A DNA stretch of 64,000 nucleotides, taken from NCBI RefSeq assembly GCF_001194135.2, contig NC_069001.1, positions 21,938,984 to 22,002,983 of the forward strand, given 5' to 3'. The position numbers were made by a program, and so were the translations under genes. The DNA comes from Octopus bimaculoides. Lineage: Eukaryota. Below the pieces are notes generated by a model. It had not been told where the DNA came from and searched no databases. It was given only the letters and a program-made list of their open reading frames with translations. This document shows, piece by piece, positions 48,315 to 61,827 of the stretch; the stretch's first letter is position 1, and each line of letters opens with the position of its first letter.

Positions 48315-49085
48315 TACAAGACATCACCAATGTGTGAAAAATGCGTAAACACACGAGAGATAAGTACAGGTCAAAATGTCAAAAACATACGCAAAAAGTA
48401 CAGGACATTACCTAAAGAAGATACTTCCTTATCAGTTGTCGGTCTGTTTATTACTTCTATTTCGTGCTTTCAACGACAGTATAAGGAAATCTCAGAAGAC
48501 AGCAGCATCCATAAATTTTAAAAATATAAAATTCATTGAGAGTTAGTGCTTCGAACGAACAAACAACGATAGAGTGGACTTACAGAGTAAACAATCAATG
48601 ATGACAAATATCAAGGGTCGTTAGACCAAGACGAATTATAATGGGTAACGACTGGGAGAAATTTTTTCAAGGAAATAGAATAATTAGAAGAGGAGAAAAT
48701 AGTAGAATAAAAATGTCGGGAGCCCAGAAAAATGACGTCCAACACGGTGAACGTCTAGTCCAGAAAAGACAGGAGTAAGAGGAATGGCCTGTAGTCACGT
48801 GTGAGTAACAGAGGCAGATGGGAAGGGGCAAGAGAAAGAATGAGGGAAAGAAAGAAAAGGAGTGAGGAGAATGGAGAAGGAACGACAGATAGTAGGGAGT
48901 GGAAGAAAGACAGATGGGGAAGCAAAGAATGTTATAGTGGGATAGCGACAAAGAAAGAAAAGAGTGTGTAGTCGCTGAAGTTATATATAGATCTAAGAAC
49001 TTACTGTGGTGAAGGCTGCATGGCGTTCGATTATACATAAATAAAAAAAGGACATCACGAACGAGTGCAAAATACGTAAACACCG
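48315..49085 (-). mobile_element. Second, diverged non-coding mini-PLE-like element: 731 bp unit with terminal direct repeats
   Basis: 'gacatcac' at 48320 and 49051, and 'cgtaaacac' at 48344 and 49075 (offset 731). It shares acttactgtg, cgttcgat, gtcacgtgtgag and cctt.atcag with 34567-35405. Confidence 0.65.
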
Positions 49086-49399
49086 GTGCAAACGATCATT
49101 CCCTCAGACGAGTTAGTGATTAATGAGTGCGTGCCCTCAAATTGACATGGCATCTTGTTTTTCCTGTAACGGTATTCACCCGAAAGGAGTTAAGCCGGTT
49201 CCTATTGAGTTCACCCCGTTGTGAGTTCATAGGAGTTTGAAGGGATGATTAAAGTCCGAGAAAACTATTTTCCTCTATTTCTAGGCCACCATACACGACC
49301 GGTGGCAAGTCAACCTCGTGTTAAGCCTTCTCGCCGCCGGATGCTCCCCGATGCGACCCAACTCCACCAGGAAGCCGCCGGATTCCGGAAACCCATCTA

Positions 49400-49527
49400 A
49401 TTTAAGTTCGTGTGGATTGGAGCAACGTGAAATAAAGCATCTTGCTCAGGGATGCAACGTGATGTCAAGAATCGAACCCACGATCTTACGATCCAAATAC
49501 CCTTACCGCCAAGCCGCGTGCCTTCAC
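49400..49527 (-). mobile_element. tRNA-derived SINE head (family C-like)
   Basis: Reverse complement 'gcggcttggcggtaagg...gggttcgattc...ccctgagcaagatgc'. Confidence 0.7.
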
Positions 49528-50224
49528 TAAAAGAATATATCCACAAAAACTATATTTTGGAAACTCATTTCACTGAATCCAAAAGTTATATCTCCTACTC
49601 ATAACCTTTGTCCTACACAATAGATATGCTGTGTTATAAACACTAAACTGACTCCGACACGTCAAGTACTTGAAAACAAAGAAACGGACCAAGGCAGAAT
49701 TGGACTAGAGAAAATCGTAACGCTGGCTCAGAAGTGCTGGACGCCAAATTAAGATTGAAGAGTACCTGTTGGTAGCATAAAATCGAAGCTGCTTCACCAC
49801 AAAATACCAGAAGCATGTAATGATTCAGAGTACAGTGAGTGTAGAAGATGTGGAGGAGAAGAAGAAACAAGTAACTTGTTGCATTAACTCAGAGAAGAAA
49901 TAATGCTTGTAAATGTATGGCAAAGTTGAAATTTACACTGGAATTCAAGACAGGGTTATGAAATACCAACTAGAAAACCTCTCTGAGAGTAATCGGCAAT
50001 ACGCTGGCCTAAACAGTATGTAAAGATAGGGTAATCTAAGTATTTTTAGGCGGATATTATTTTGAAGGATAGCAAGGTGAGAGGATTGGGGGTGAAGCTT
50101 CACTGACAAATGATGGTAATATATTTCTCAAAGAAGTAAAAAAGGAACGGATAAATTGTCTAAATATTAAGAAACAGAGAGGTGGATGAAAACAAACGAT
50201 TTTTTTTATAATATAAGGAACGTT

Positions 50225-50445
50225 TAAGGCGGCGAGCTGGCAGAGTCGTTAGCGCACAGGGCAAAATGCTGAGCGGCATTTCGTCCGCTTTTATATTCTG
50301 AGTTCAAATTACGTCGAGGGATCCATTCTGTCTTTCATCCCTTCGGGATCGATAAAATACATTCCAGTTGATTTCTGGAGTCGATGTAATCGACTTAACC
50401 CCTCCCTCGAGTTTGCTGGTCTTCTATTATAAATTTGAAACCAAA
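50225..50445 (+). mobile_element. tRNA-derived SINE family A, full length
   Basis: ggcggcgagctggcagagtcgttagc...ttctgagttcaaatt...gtcgatgtaatcgact...tttgaaacca. Confidence 0.9.
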
Positions 50446-52212
50446 ACAAAGAACCTTTAAATAATCAAAGCACATGTAGTACAAGGATACAGGATAATAG
50501 TGCTTCTAAAATAATACATTACATATATATTACGTACAATAATGTTCAGTACAAAAGTACAAGAGTAATCACAAAACCCCAAAATTGACATCCCTTGCTC
50601 TAAGCGCATAAAGTTGTTGTGAATGCAGGAAATAAAATTAAAACCCCTGAAGATCAGAAAAACAAAATATCAGTTGTACTTCCTTAGTTCCGAAGAAAAT
50701 AAATTTTGATTCATATTGTACTGAATGTGATTTATCTTTTCAAATTTCAAGTAGTTTGTGATATAAGCGTGGCACTCTAACATAAGTAAACGTAAAGGCG
50801 TGGTACTCGCGCATATCTTATGAAAGGATAGTAGCAGAATACTAATAGGACATACATTAAGAAACATTAAACGGCACATTATTTTACATGATAAATATAA
50901 AATACTGTATTAATTATCGTTATGGCCATACCAAATAATGCCCTGAGAAGAGAATGAACATTTTATCATTAATTAATAACTTTAAATCAGTATTACATGC
51001 GTTTCCACAGAATTCAATTTAGGTTACAACTTTTAGCATTACTAAATAGATAACACTAGCGATAGATGTAGGTCTTATAGCGAAGAAATCCGATGCTTCT
51101 CCATTCGTTATGATGTTTACCTTAGACAACAAGTAACAGTTCTTATACAGTCATTAACCCTATGTTTTTATTCCTTACCAATATGCTAAGCTTTCGGTGG
51201 TAAGGAATAAAAACAGGGTTAATGCAACAGACTTTAGGTTGAAGTCTTAGAGGAGTTGCATCTTACTGATATCTTTACAATAAATTTTACATTAAGATGA
51301 TATCATGTTATACGTAATTCTTGCAGATGCATTGTAAAATCAATAAGAAGGATAACTTCAAATTAAGCAACGTCAAGCAATTGACACTATTTATCCAAAT
51401 TGTACCAGATAAAAATTGATTGATTATAGGCCAGGACGCTCTTGTCTTGGCATTGAAATTGTACATTTGCCAAATTACTTATCAATTAGTTAGTCATTCC
51501 AATGTTGTATTATCTCATTGGCATGTCCATGATAACAAAATATACCTTAAACTGTTGCAAGTAATAATTTAAGTATTGCCAGTACATTCTTTTTCGATGC
51601 CTGCTGTTGTAACGCTACTCTGATCTTCTTAAAGTTAAAATATTTAACTTAGTGTAAAGAATCGCAATCATCAAAACTAATTAGGAACAATTGATTCAGT
51701 ACAGAATAGATTGGTATTTGTGATCGTCATGTATCGTACAGTTTTGTAATGCGTTGATATAACTACAACGACAGTCTTCCCAGTAAAGCGCGAGTTACCC
51801 ATCGGAGGAATCAAGAGCGTCACCTTGTCCTGATTCTCTCATAATGTTTTCTTGGCAGAGATACAGTGGGGTGTTTGTCATTGTCTTTCCCCACTAGGTG
51901 GCTGTTAGCCCACAGGAAGATCATACGGCCTTCGGCAGATCTTGATTTCAGTGCTGCTGGGTGTCAACAAACCTTCAGCAGAAGTGAGGGGGCGGTTCAG
52001 TCGCCGATTACCCAACAGATTAGTATTACACAATCAGTATAAACATTTCAATAGTGTATTCAGTGTTAGATGAGGAATGACTTGCTGCATTTTAGACAAA
52101 TAACGATCACTGTCGATAGTCGGCAGGGAATTAGGAAAACTAGTACAATATGTAGTTCAGCTAGTTGCCTTTCTTGACGCTCGATGTTCAAATGCAGGCA
52201 ATACATAACATT

Positions 52213-52430
52213 TAAGGCAGTGAGCTGGCAGAATCGTTTGCACGCCGGGAAAAATGCTTAGCGGCATTTCGTCCGTGTTTAAGTTCTGAGTTCAAATTTC
52301 TCCGAGATCGACGATGCTTTTCCTCATTTTAGTGTCGATAGAATAAGTATCAGTTGACAACTAGGATCAATTTAATTGACTACCCCTCTCCCCGCAAATT
52401 TCAGGCTTGCACCTATAGTAGAAAGGATTA
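52213..52430 (+). mobile_element. tRNA-derived SINE family A, full length
   Basis: ggcagtgagctggcagaatcgtttgcacgccgggaaaaatgcttagcggcatttcgtcc...ttctgagttcaaatt. Confidence 0.9.
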
Positions 52431-52812
52431 TTAATTTAACCATCCCCCATGCCCTGCCTGATAAAATACCTTAGTTTATAAAAGCCACTATATTCTTTTA
52501 TATGTGGTTTCAACATAACCAGAAAACCATTACCATTGTCATTCTTGTGATCGTTTTCTCATGTTTTCTCAGAATTCTACAGTTAGATGGTCAACAAACC
52601 AAACACTGTTTAATTTATTATTTTGCTGGTTTAATTGATGAACGTGGCTAGAGATAGGTTTTCAACAGTTTCACTTCAGATGTAGCGAATGGTGTGACAT
52701 AAATATCTGAGACTCAATAGAACACAAATATTGCACGGGACTCTGTCTGCTAAACACTTGCCGATAATAGTATTTTTCGCGGAATANNNNNNNNNNNNNN
52801 NNNNNNNNNNNN

Positions 52813-52864
<52 letters not shown>

Positions 52865-53399
52865 GCCAGAAAACGGTTGTGGTATTCACAGCTTTATAGG
52901 ACAACGTATTTCGCTAAAATGAAGAAACCATTTACACAAACCTAGTAGAAACTTAATGCAATCTCACATTTCAACTAATCCGTGTTCCGATAGACAAAAA
53001 TCTATGTTGAAGCGCCCGATATATGCAGATTTTACCTCTTATGCAAATAATCAGGAACCTCGCTTGCTACATCAAATAGTATACAAAGTATCACATGAAG
53101 GAAGGCCGAGCACAGTGATAGCAGAAAGTCAGTTAGGCCATAAATGAGTTAGGAGTAGTATGAAAGGTATAAAAGATGCAAAAGACATACATTCACATAC
53201 AAACTCACACGAAAGCTCGCACACACACACAGACATGCTAGGAAGTGATATAACAGTTGTGTCCCTTTGAGCTGTTAAAATGGGAAACAAGAATGCTCGA
53301 TGAATTTAATTCGGTGGAGAAAGGTAAAAGCTTGTAAAATTGGATACTTAATCCAAATAGAGCAGTGTTTTCACATCGATGTTAGAAACCGATCCATAT

Positions 53400-53700
53400 G
53401 CTTGCATTTAGAGAAAATTTCGGATCTATAATTCATTACATTGTTCGAGATGTTAAATTAAAAAATAAAGGATATGAGTTCTTTCGAAGCTTGCACCTCC
53501 TTGTCCCATTAACCTATGGCGGGGGACATTTTTCTATGTACCACTTGATAGAGTGTGGAATATTGTTGACCTTCAGAAGCCAGATATAGCTAGCTAACAG
53601 TGGTTTACTTCTTGTCCACATATCGGAATGTAGACTGATGGTTGGCATATCATTTTTAAAATTTACTTTCGCAGAAACCAATATATGTTTTCTAATCAAT
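53400..53700 (-). mobile_element. Possible hAT transposase catalytic-domain remnant
   Basis: ISLHSDMWT...ASYI resembles the hAT 'S.T.D.WT...SY' first-aspartate motif; the match is short and degenerate. Confidence 0.3.
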
Positions 53701-54406
53701 ATTAATACCTTGAAGTTAGAAATTTGTCTTACAGAATAACTATACGAACATGCTAGACTTTAGTGTGCGTTCAAATGATTGGACGCACATAGTGTCAAAC
53801 AATTTTCAACATCAAAAGTAAAGACAAGTCATAGGGAATGCTAAAAAAATTCCGAAGTGGTAGTCCAATTCAACAGTTTTATTCAAAATCTTAGTAGAAA
53901 TATACATCAAAATTAGGTTTAACAAATACATAAAAATATATATCAATGAATTTATTCATTCTTTTCAGTATCTAATGAAATAAAATTCCTTTTCAGTGAA
54001 ATTTAATTTTTTTAAAAACTTATTTCAACTTAATTGAAGGATCTTAACTTTGTTAATTTTACAAAGTGATTGCTTATGATGATTAATCGTAAAAAATGGT
54101 TTCCATCATTGGTTTTAACCTTGAAACGAACGTTTTTTTTAATGTTAACATTTTGGAAAAAAATTAACTTATGTTGTCAGTAAGGCCATGAACAACACGA
54201 TATCCCGATTTTCAACAATAATATCACAGATACTGGAAAAGAAAAAACAGGCGTAAAAGGAAGATAAATAAAACTCGAAAGCATTATTTGAATGTTTTAC
54301 TAGTAGAGGTCGTTGTAATGCATATTGAATAATAGAAAATAAATAAGAACAAATGATTTTATTCATAAAAGAAAGTAATAGCGTAAAACTGGGGAAAAGC
54401 CTTTCA

Positions 54407-56551
54407 ACTGTGTAACCAATTTGAATCTAGAGTCTACAGTATTCATATAATGAATACACATTAAAGCAAAAACATCAAGTAGAAAACTTTATATCTTCTG
54501 TGAGTGTTAGCCTTACTCCAATGTTCACAATATCTAGTTAGTTTACAAATTCTCAGAACACTATATCAAATATAAATTTACAGAACACTTTATCTCTAAA
54601 ACAAATTATAGCATGTTAAAGAGACAAAAACTAAGTAGATATTATCATTTCCCCACTTTGTCGGTCATAGTATTCATACAAATATTACTTGCCTTAAAAG
54701 TAAATGGATCATCCGTCGGTTTCGTCGATGACTATTCCATTTGTTCGACCAACTGATCTATCATCTTATTACAGTATGTAATAAAATTCTGGAAAACTTT
54801 TGTTTATCCTAATTTTTTAAATCTTTATCATGCAAATTTTTGCGCCGATTCCGAAAATGATCTTACTTTTTCTCTACTATCGACTTTTGCTGAGATATAT
54901 GAAATTACGCTAATTATTAACAAATGTAATGATTATGATGCCCAGAATTTGGGCTAGTGACGGAAAATCGTGTTTTTGATTTAATTTAAACTTCTAATGA
55001 ATGACCAAGGATAAGCTACTCCACATTTCATGGTACCCAACAGGTACACCGATTTCATTTCAGTCCGATAAAATCGATGAACTCCCTTGTCAGATAGAAG
55101 ATACTATGAGTGGGGGTGTAATTGGGGAAGTACGAAGGCAGCAGTAAACAAGAGATGGTCGAAGCGTTCGAGCCAGGAATGAGTAGCCGTTCACACTTTC
55201 CAAATCAACGTGAACTGAATGATCTCATCATGGATTTAAGCTCCACCAAGTCAATAGATAAATGTTTAGCATCCAGGCTGAAGGAATGGAATTTAGTGGG
55301 CGGGGACTGTAAATCAACAAGAAACTTCGGTATTTATTTCTTTGTTTCTGCAAAGAAATAAACAGCTTGTTTCCAGCTATTGGATTTGATCATGCCTGAA
55401 AAGAATGGCGATTTTTCATAGACAGTTCAGCAAGAAACCTCAAAGTTGTTTTATTGCACAATGAAAATTAGTAATAATCTCTGCTTATTGTATATACTGT
55501 ATAGATGAAGGAAGAATATGAAAATGTCAAAAAGCTTCTTCAGAAAGTAAACTATGCGGATTTCAGTGGGGTATTTGTGGTGATTTTAAGATGCTTGCCT
55601 TCTTGCTTGGATTCCAAGGTGTATACAGAGAATATTCGTGCCTTCTTTGCGTATGGGACAGCAGTACCAGGAGACCGATTGGCCACCACGAAATAATATG
55701 CTGCCGGGGATGCAAAATTTTATAAAACAACCTCTTGGAGAGCTTGCTAAGGTTTTGCTTACTCCAATTCATATAAAACTGGATTTGATCAAACAGTTTG
55801 AGAAGGCCTTAGATCATGGTGAAAATGCTGTTGAAGAAATTCTTTTGAAGCAAAGGTTAAGGGAGACATTATTACTGGACCGCAAATAAGGACAATGTGG
55901 AGGCCAGATAAACTTGGCACTGAGTGATATAGAAAGAGAGGCATGGTGTGCATATAGTGGCATAGTCCATGGTTTCCTATGTAACAACAAACATCCAAAC
56001 TACAAGTAACTGGTGGCAAAGCTTATTGAGAGTTTTAAGAACTTAGGCTGCCGAATGTCATTAAGCTGCACTTCTTGTATTCATATTCCTGAAACCTTAG
56101 GTCAGGTCAGTGAAGAGTATGGTGAAAGATTCCATCAGAACATTGCTGTAAAGGTGAAGAGATACCAAGGAAGATGGGATACTGCTATCATAGAAGACTA
56201 TATATGGTCATTTGCCCTTAATGATAAAGGAGCTCACAGATGGAAAACACGATCTTCAATGCATTTCGAGTGTAATCTCATCATATGCCTGTTTAGCTTA
56301 AAGTGAGATGCAAAAAATGATTATAATAATATTAGTTGATTGATATTGTCGCACAACGTGAATAATGTTCATAAAGCAATAACGCAACCAAGCATTGTTT
56401 TCCGCCAATGTTAAACCATGATTATCTTGATTATCTCTTAAAATTTTAAATATCGATGGTAGGCAAAATCTAAGGATATTTTTGAAATTAGAAGAAAGAC
56501 ATCAAGCAACATTGAAAAAATTTAGAAAAGTAAAATTGGTATTACACAGTA
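54407..56551 (+). mobile_element. Chapaev3-like (CMC) DNA transposon, degenerate
   Basis: Frameshifted motifs NQRELNDL..DL...LASRLKEWNL, EWRFFIDSS.RNLKVVLLHN, LLTPIHIKLDLIKQF.KAL and EEYGERFHQNI..K.KRYQGRWD. End match actgtgtaa-ccaattt (54407) / aaattggtattacacagt (56550); an alternative left end lies near 54770. The family name is from memory. Confidence 0.7.
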
Positions 56552-56569
56552 TTATGTGTGAGTTTGTGA

Positions 56570-56855
56570 GGGTGTATGACCAAGTGATTAGGCTGTTGCA
56601 CTCACGATCACGAGATCGTGGTTTCAATTCCTAGACCGGTGGTGCGTTGTGTTCTTGAGCAAAACACTTCATCTCAAGTTACTCTGCAATCACTTCGACA
56701 CCTGACGCGTGGTACACTTGTGCACCTGTTCGGACAACATCGAGTTGATTGAGGGAGTGAGCTAATATGCGGCACAAACATAAACAAATCATTTGTGCAG
56801 GTCGTTCGGCAAAAGCTGAACGCTTATATGTCGTCTTCGACGGGAAGGGGCAAAG
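56570..56855 (+). mobile_element. tRNA-derived SINE (family D) with CORE-like segment
   Basis: A box 'tgaccaagtg', B box 'ggtttcaattcc', then 'gttgtgttcttgagcaaaacact'. Confidence 0.75.
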
Positions 56856-57157
56856 GGTACCAGCATTGCTAGAAATAGGAGTCAACGACTCCTTAGCCAG
56901 AAAGAGTTGCATGTTGTATTTGAACTGACAGAAGAGACAACACCTCCTCACTGTAAGCCAGATGCATTAGATTAACGTGTTAATTTCATATAAGAAAATA
57001 TTACTCGTCAGCAATGCTTACTCGAAGACGGGTGGTGGTGCTGAAATCACGCCTCTCAGTATTATAGAAATTACCGTAGAAATCAGTAACTGACTTCATG
57101 GAGTGGTAATACGATAATTATAAAATAATAATGGTAGCCGGAAACAATTTAAAACCA

Positions 57158-57227
<70 letters not shown>

Positions 57228-57243
57228 GTATGTATGTATGTAT

Positions 57244-57690
57244 GTGTGTGTGAGTAGGTGTGTGAATGTATACACACATACACATACACACATATATAAT
57301 AAAGGTGATTGGAAGACATTGAAAACCAAAAAGGAAATAATTCACCATCCCTAAACATGACCAAGGGTACAAAGGGTACCAGCATTGCTAGAAATAGGAA
57401 TGAAAGATTCCTTAGCCACAAAAAGTCGCAAGTTCTATTTCAACTGACAGAGGAGACAGCAAATGTTCATTTTACGATAGGGAGCTGTTCTCTGTCAGTT
57501 CAAATAGAACATGCGACTATTTGTGGCTAAGGAGGTTTTGACTATTATTTCTAGCAATGATGGTGCCCTTTGCAGTCTCGGTCACTTTTAGTGTCAGTGA
57601 ATTATTTCCTTTTTGGTTTTCAATTTCTTCCAGCCACCTTTATTATATGTGTGTGTATGTGTGTATACATTCATATACACACTCACACAC
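57244..57690. repeat. ~210 bp-arm inverted repeat with ~22 nt spacer
   Basis: 57244-57460 is the reverse complement of 57483-57690, including the flanking microsatellite-like sequence. A third partial copy lies at ~56850-56945. Confidence 0.9.
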
Positions 57691-57692
57691 AT

Positions 57693-57757
<65 letters not shown>

Positions 57758-59049
57758 ATATATATATACGAGCATATATAGAGGCACGCACTCAAGCATA
57801 TGCATGTGTGCATATCTGCACCTATGTATGTACGTATGTATGTATATATGTGTATGTATGTGGGTGGGTGTACGTGTGTGTGTGAATATAACGTAAATGC
57901 ATTTGGATAACAAACCGTGAATAAATATAATATTGTCTTAAAGAACTCGCAGGTATTTGTTAATAATGCCATTACATGATATACGTTACCCAATGACTCA
58001 CAAGTTTTATATGATCTGGAAGTATTATAAACGTCCATATCAACGTTGGGAAACAAGTGATACGATATCTTTGAAATGTTCAATGAAGGGGAAGAATTCT
58101 GAACAATAACGAAACTACTTAAACGATGAAATCGTAAATAGATTTGTGTTTGTTCCAATGAGGACTAAATTCGGTAATATATTTCTAAATTGTTATTTCA
58201 CTAGTTTGCTTCAGTGCACAGAGACTTGAGTTTGGGTTAGTAGGCGCCATCTATATCAATATAGGATCTGCTTTTGTTTATAAGTATTTTATTTTCACAT
58301 CTTCCAAAATTTGTAGAAGCTGGTTTATTGTGTGTTTGGGCAAATGTTGGTTGACAGTTCGCACAAAAACATTTATAAAGACTATTACTCTTATCCACTG
58401 AATGTACGTATTATTGATATTTACTTTAGATTTTTTATGGTTTCTTCTGTGAAAATCACAAAGCAAATATATTAAGCTTGTTTTGCAAACGAGTAGTATT
58501 TTAGATGTGTGAATGTTTGCGAGACATCTCCATATATCCATCCCCAACCCAATCTCCGAAAGGTCTGATAAATTTGAAGTAACAGCGAGTGTGCAGTATA
58601 CTGCAACATACAATTTCATTTTAAAGTAGTATATATACTAATTTCAGAAGACTTTTGCTTCAACTAATGATTCAAAATAAGATAAGTCAGAATTATTCTC
58701 TCATTATCTTCTTTAAGCACAAAGAATTATTTCAACTCGTCACTATAAAGTAAAGAAATACTTGCTAGTTATTATGTACTTTGCTGTGTACTGTACTTAA
58801 CAATATCTCTATTTGACTGAAGTAAATTTCTGTAAAACAATTTGTCTCAAATAATTAGGTACTAAAGCAATTTGGTCTGAAGGCGATATCGTCTAATAAG
58901 GTTTTTGTCTGACCATTTATCTCCCCAAATATCAATAATTCTGTTATCAATTATAAGTTTTAAGAATGATCTAATGCTAAAATTTATGTGCAAAATAATA
59001 TAATTCATATTTGATATCTTTTGATCTGAATGACGTATGTAAAGATGAG

Positions 59050-59121
<72 letters not shown>
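59050..59121. repeat. (ACT)n microsatellite
   Basis: Directly visible. Confidence 0.97.
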
Positions 59122-59122
<1 letters not shown>

Positions 59123-59199
59123 GCGGTAGTACAGAAGCTGCTGCAACTACACGACTATTATTAATAACAATTTTCTATATCAAGCTGAGGACTCCTGGA

Positions 59200-60775
59200 C
59201 ATGTTTTACATTATAAGGGTTGTTGGTCATGTAATTATCCAGTCTGGTACCCATAACATGAAAACGCATTAAAGCAGGTGAGAAGCCAGCCTCCCTTGTA
59301 TATCCTTCAATCCTTTCACTCAGAAGCCTTGGATACCATTTGACTTAATTCGGAGATCAGTATTAAAGTATTAGAATCTGCCACTTTAGAGGTATTGCTA
59401 GATAACGTACAGGTAGTATGGTGAGTTGAATATAAGTGTGAATTTCAATCATCTCCAGTACTATAAGACTCAATTGGAAGATGTGTCTTATTTGCATCAG
59501 CGTTGTGACTAGGTGCTGATGCCGCTAATCCCTGGAGTATTAGTGTTATTGCAGGTATTGTTCAAGCAGGTAGAATTTTGCATAGATACAACACGATAAG
59601 GGTGGATGGACAGCTGGGCTGTTTCCAGGACCCATAATGGGGCCGCCGAATTTGTGTCTATTAGAAGCGGCGATTATAGAACCCAAATTTGTTAAAAATA
59701 AAGTAATATTTATAGTGTAGTAGAAAATTAGAATTTAGGATTTTGAAAAACGCTTCGGTATACAAATCATAAGATCTCCTGCTTTCTTCTCCTTTGAGTC
59801 AAAGGCTGATGTTGGGTACGTTAGTCTAGGGGTGGTCCGAGTTTATTCTGTATTAGGGTTGGACGGTTTACTGCGCTAGTATTAGCAGGTGGAGAGGGGT
59901 ACCTCTGGGAGTGTTTGTACCATTACAAGGGAAAGAAGTTGTAGATAAGTCTTCGGTCTAGTATTAGGGATGTATGTTGTCCTATCAAGGCTACCACTAT
60001 TTCGAGAACCTGCTTATAGTGTGGAGTGTGGTTATTAAAGATATCCTCGTTAGCCGAAAGATTAGGAACCCTAATGGAAATACCTTTATCTATGCTATTG
60101 AGGACCAAATTAGAATGATTAGATAAAACATCAATATATTGAAGTGAGTCATTAGTCTTATGGTAAGGGTAATAGAAGTTAGCATCTAAGGCAAGAGACC
60201 CATCTAGGAAGTTAGCTACTTTAAGTAATATTTTCGAATGAGATAAAGAGACTATAACTAAGAAACCTTGTGGAGGACGTTCCAGATACATTCAATGGAC
60301 GACCGAGACATCAGTGGAGATATGAGATGAGCATCGTCTCTGTATATATCCTCAGAGAGGCCATGGAAGTTCTCATATGAGAATGAAAGAAAATGCTTAC
60401 TAGGTCTACAATATGAGTAGAGTCCGAAGAACCCATGGCGAAATCGAAGAGGTATGTGGAAGGATTACGGGACCATTATTGGTTGTTAAATGACAAGAGT
60501 GATTGTTTTTTTTAACTGTTCAGATAATGTCCATTATTGACTGAGTAAGGAGAGCAAATTTTCCCGAGAAAATTAGGGCCTTACTTAATATAATGGGAGA
60601 TACGCAAACGTAATAGTCCGAAATATCAAACTCTAGGAAGTATTAGGTTTGTTAGAAAGAGTATGGAACAAAGTGCTGAAATCACAAATAGTGTTCCAAA
60701 GTAAAGAATAAAGTTTAGCCTTCTTCTTCACTATGGGGATAAATTGTTCAAAATGCATGTACTAATACGACCCAG
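59200..60775 (-). mobile_element. Naiad-like Penelope element: RT, thumb and T/S/N-rich linker, no endonuclease
   Basis: Minus strand EFDISDYY, FDFAMGSSDSTHIVDLV, DIYRDDA, NFLD, YHKTNDSLQYIDVLSNH...LSANEDIFNNHTPHY. The YRDD-type RT is typical of this PLE group. Confidence 0.85.
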
Positions 60776-61802
60776 TTAGGAAACAAATGGTAGTCTGAAA
60801 GAGCAAGGTCGGGCGAATAAGGTGGATGAGGAATTTTTTCCCAACCAAGCTCTTCGATCTTCTGTGATGTGATCTTTGCAGTGTGGCGTCACGCATTGTC
60901 CTGATGAAACATCACTCCTTTTCAATTTACTAAAGCAGGTCTTTTTTATTCGAAGCTTGGTTCAAACGCTCTAATTCCTGACAGTAGACTTGAGCATCGA
61001 TTGTTGCATTAGGTGGTAACAATTCAAAGCGAATTATTCCTTTGCAATCCGACCAGATAGAGAGAAGAACCTTTTCTCCATGAAGTTCCCTTCTCGGTTG
61101 TGGTTGAGCTTTTTCCCTTTTACCAAGCCACTATTTACGACGTTTAGCATTTCAATAGAAGATCCATTTTTCCTCACCAGTCACAAGACTATCCGAAAAG
61201 GGTGAAATGAGTTCGCGAGAATGGAGAGAAGAGCAGATGTCAACACGGGATTTGTGCTTGCTTTCGGTCAATTCATGAGACACCCATTTTCTATGTTTAG
61301 GAATCTTTCTAAGTTGTTGAAGATGACGATGAACAGTTGTATAGTTTGAACTAAGCTTTATTGCCAATTCTCCAACTGATAATGCAGGATTTTCTTCAAG
61401 TAATGCCTCAAGGAGCTTATCATCAAACTCAACTGGACATCCTGTTCGATCTTCATTTTGAAGGCTGAAATCTCCACTTCTGAAATTTGCAAACCATCTT
61501 CTGCAAGTTCTTTCATTCAGGCATTCTTTCCCATAAACTGAGTGTATGTTTCAAGTCGCTTTGGCTGCAGAGTTTCCATTTTTGTACTCATAAAGCATTA
61601 TGTGCCTAAAACGCTCTTTGGATACTTCCATGTTAGAAAGAAATTTTATTTCTATTATTCTGTAAAATAATATTTAATTAGTTTAAATGTACACAAATGC
61701 ATAAAAATAATTTTTAATTCCATTAGACATTCTAAAATACTATTAAATTTCATTCAATTTAAAAAAGATAAAATCGGACAGAACTTATGGGATGACCTGA
61801 TA
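60776..61802 (-). mobile_element. Mariner (DD34D-type) element, 3'-truncated and degenerate
   Basis: 5' TIR TA-TCAGGTCATCCCATAAGTT at 61802-61782; FRSGDFSL.NEDRTG.P, RKWVSHELT, VTGEEKWIFY and HPPYSPDLA.SDYHLF motifs. Confidence 0.9.
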
Positions 61803-61827
61803 TTTATGTTAATTTTTACTTTACAAT

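Noticed and set aside
49640-49960. LINE C-terminal zinc motif (CRRCGGEEET)
   Set aside because: Too short and degenerate to assign.
58278-58619. 113-aa minus-strand ORF (LLCDFHR, MULE-like) or exon
   Set aside because: Only a 7-residue motif; an alternative frame is equally plausible and no consistent splice pair was found.
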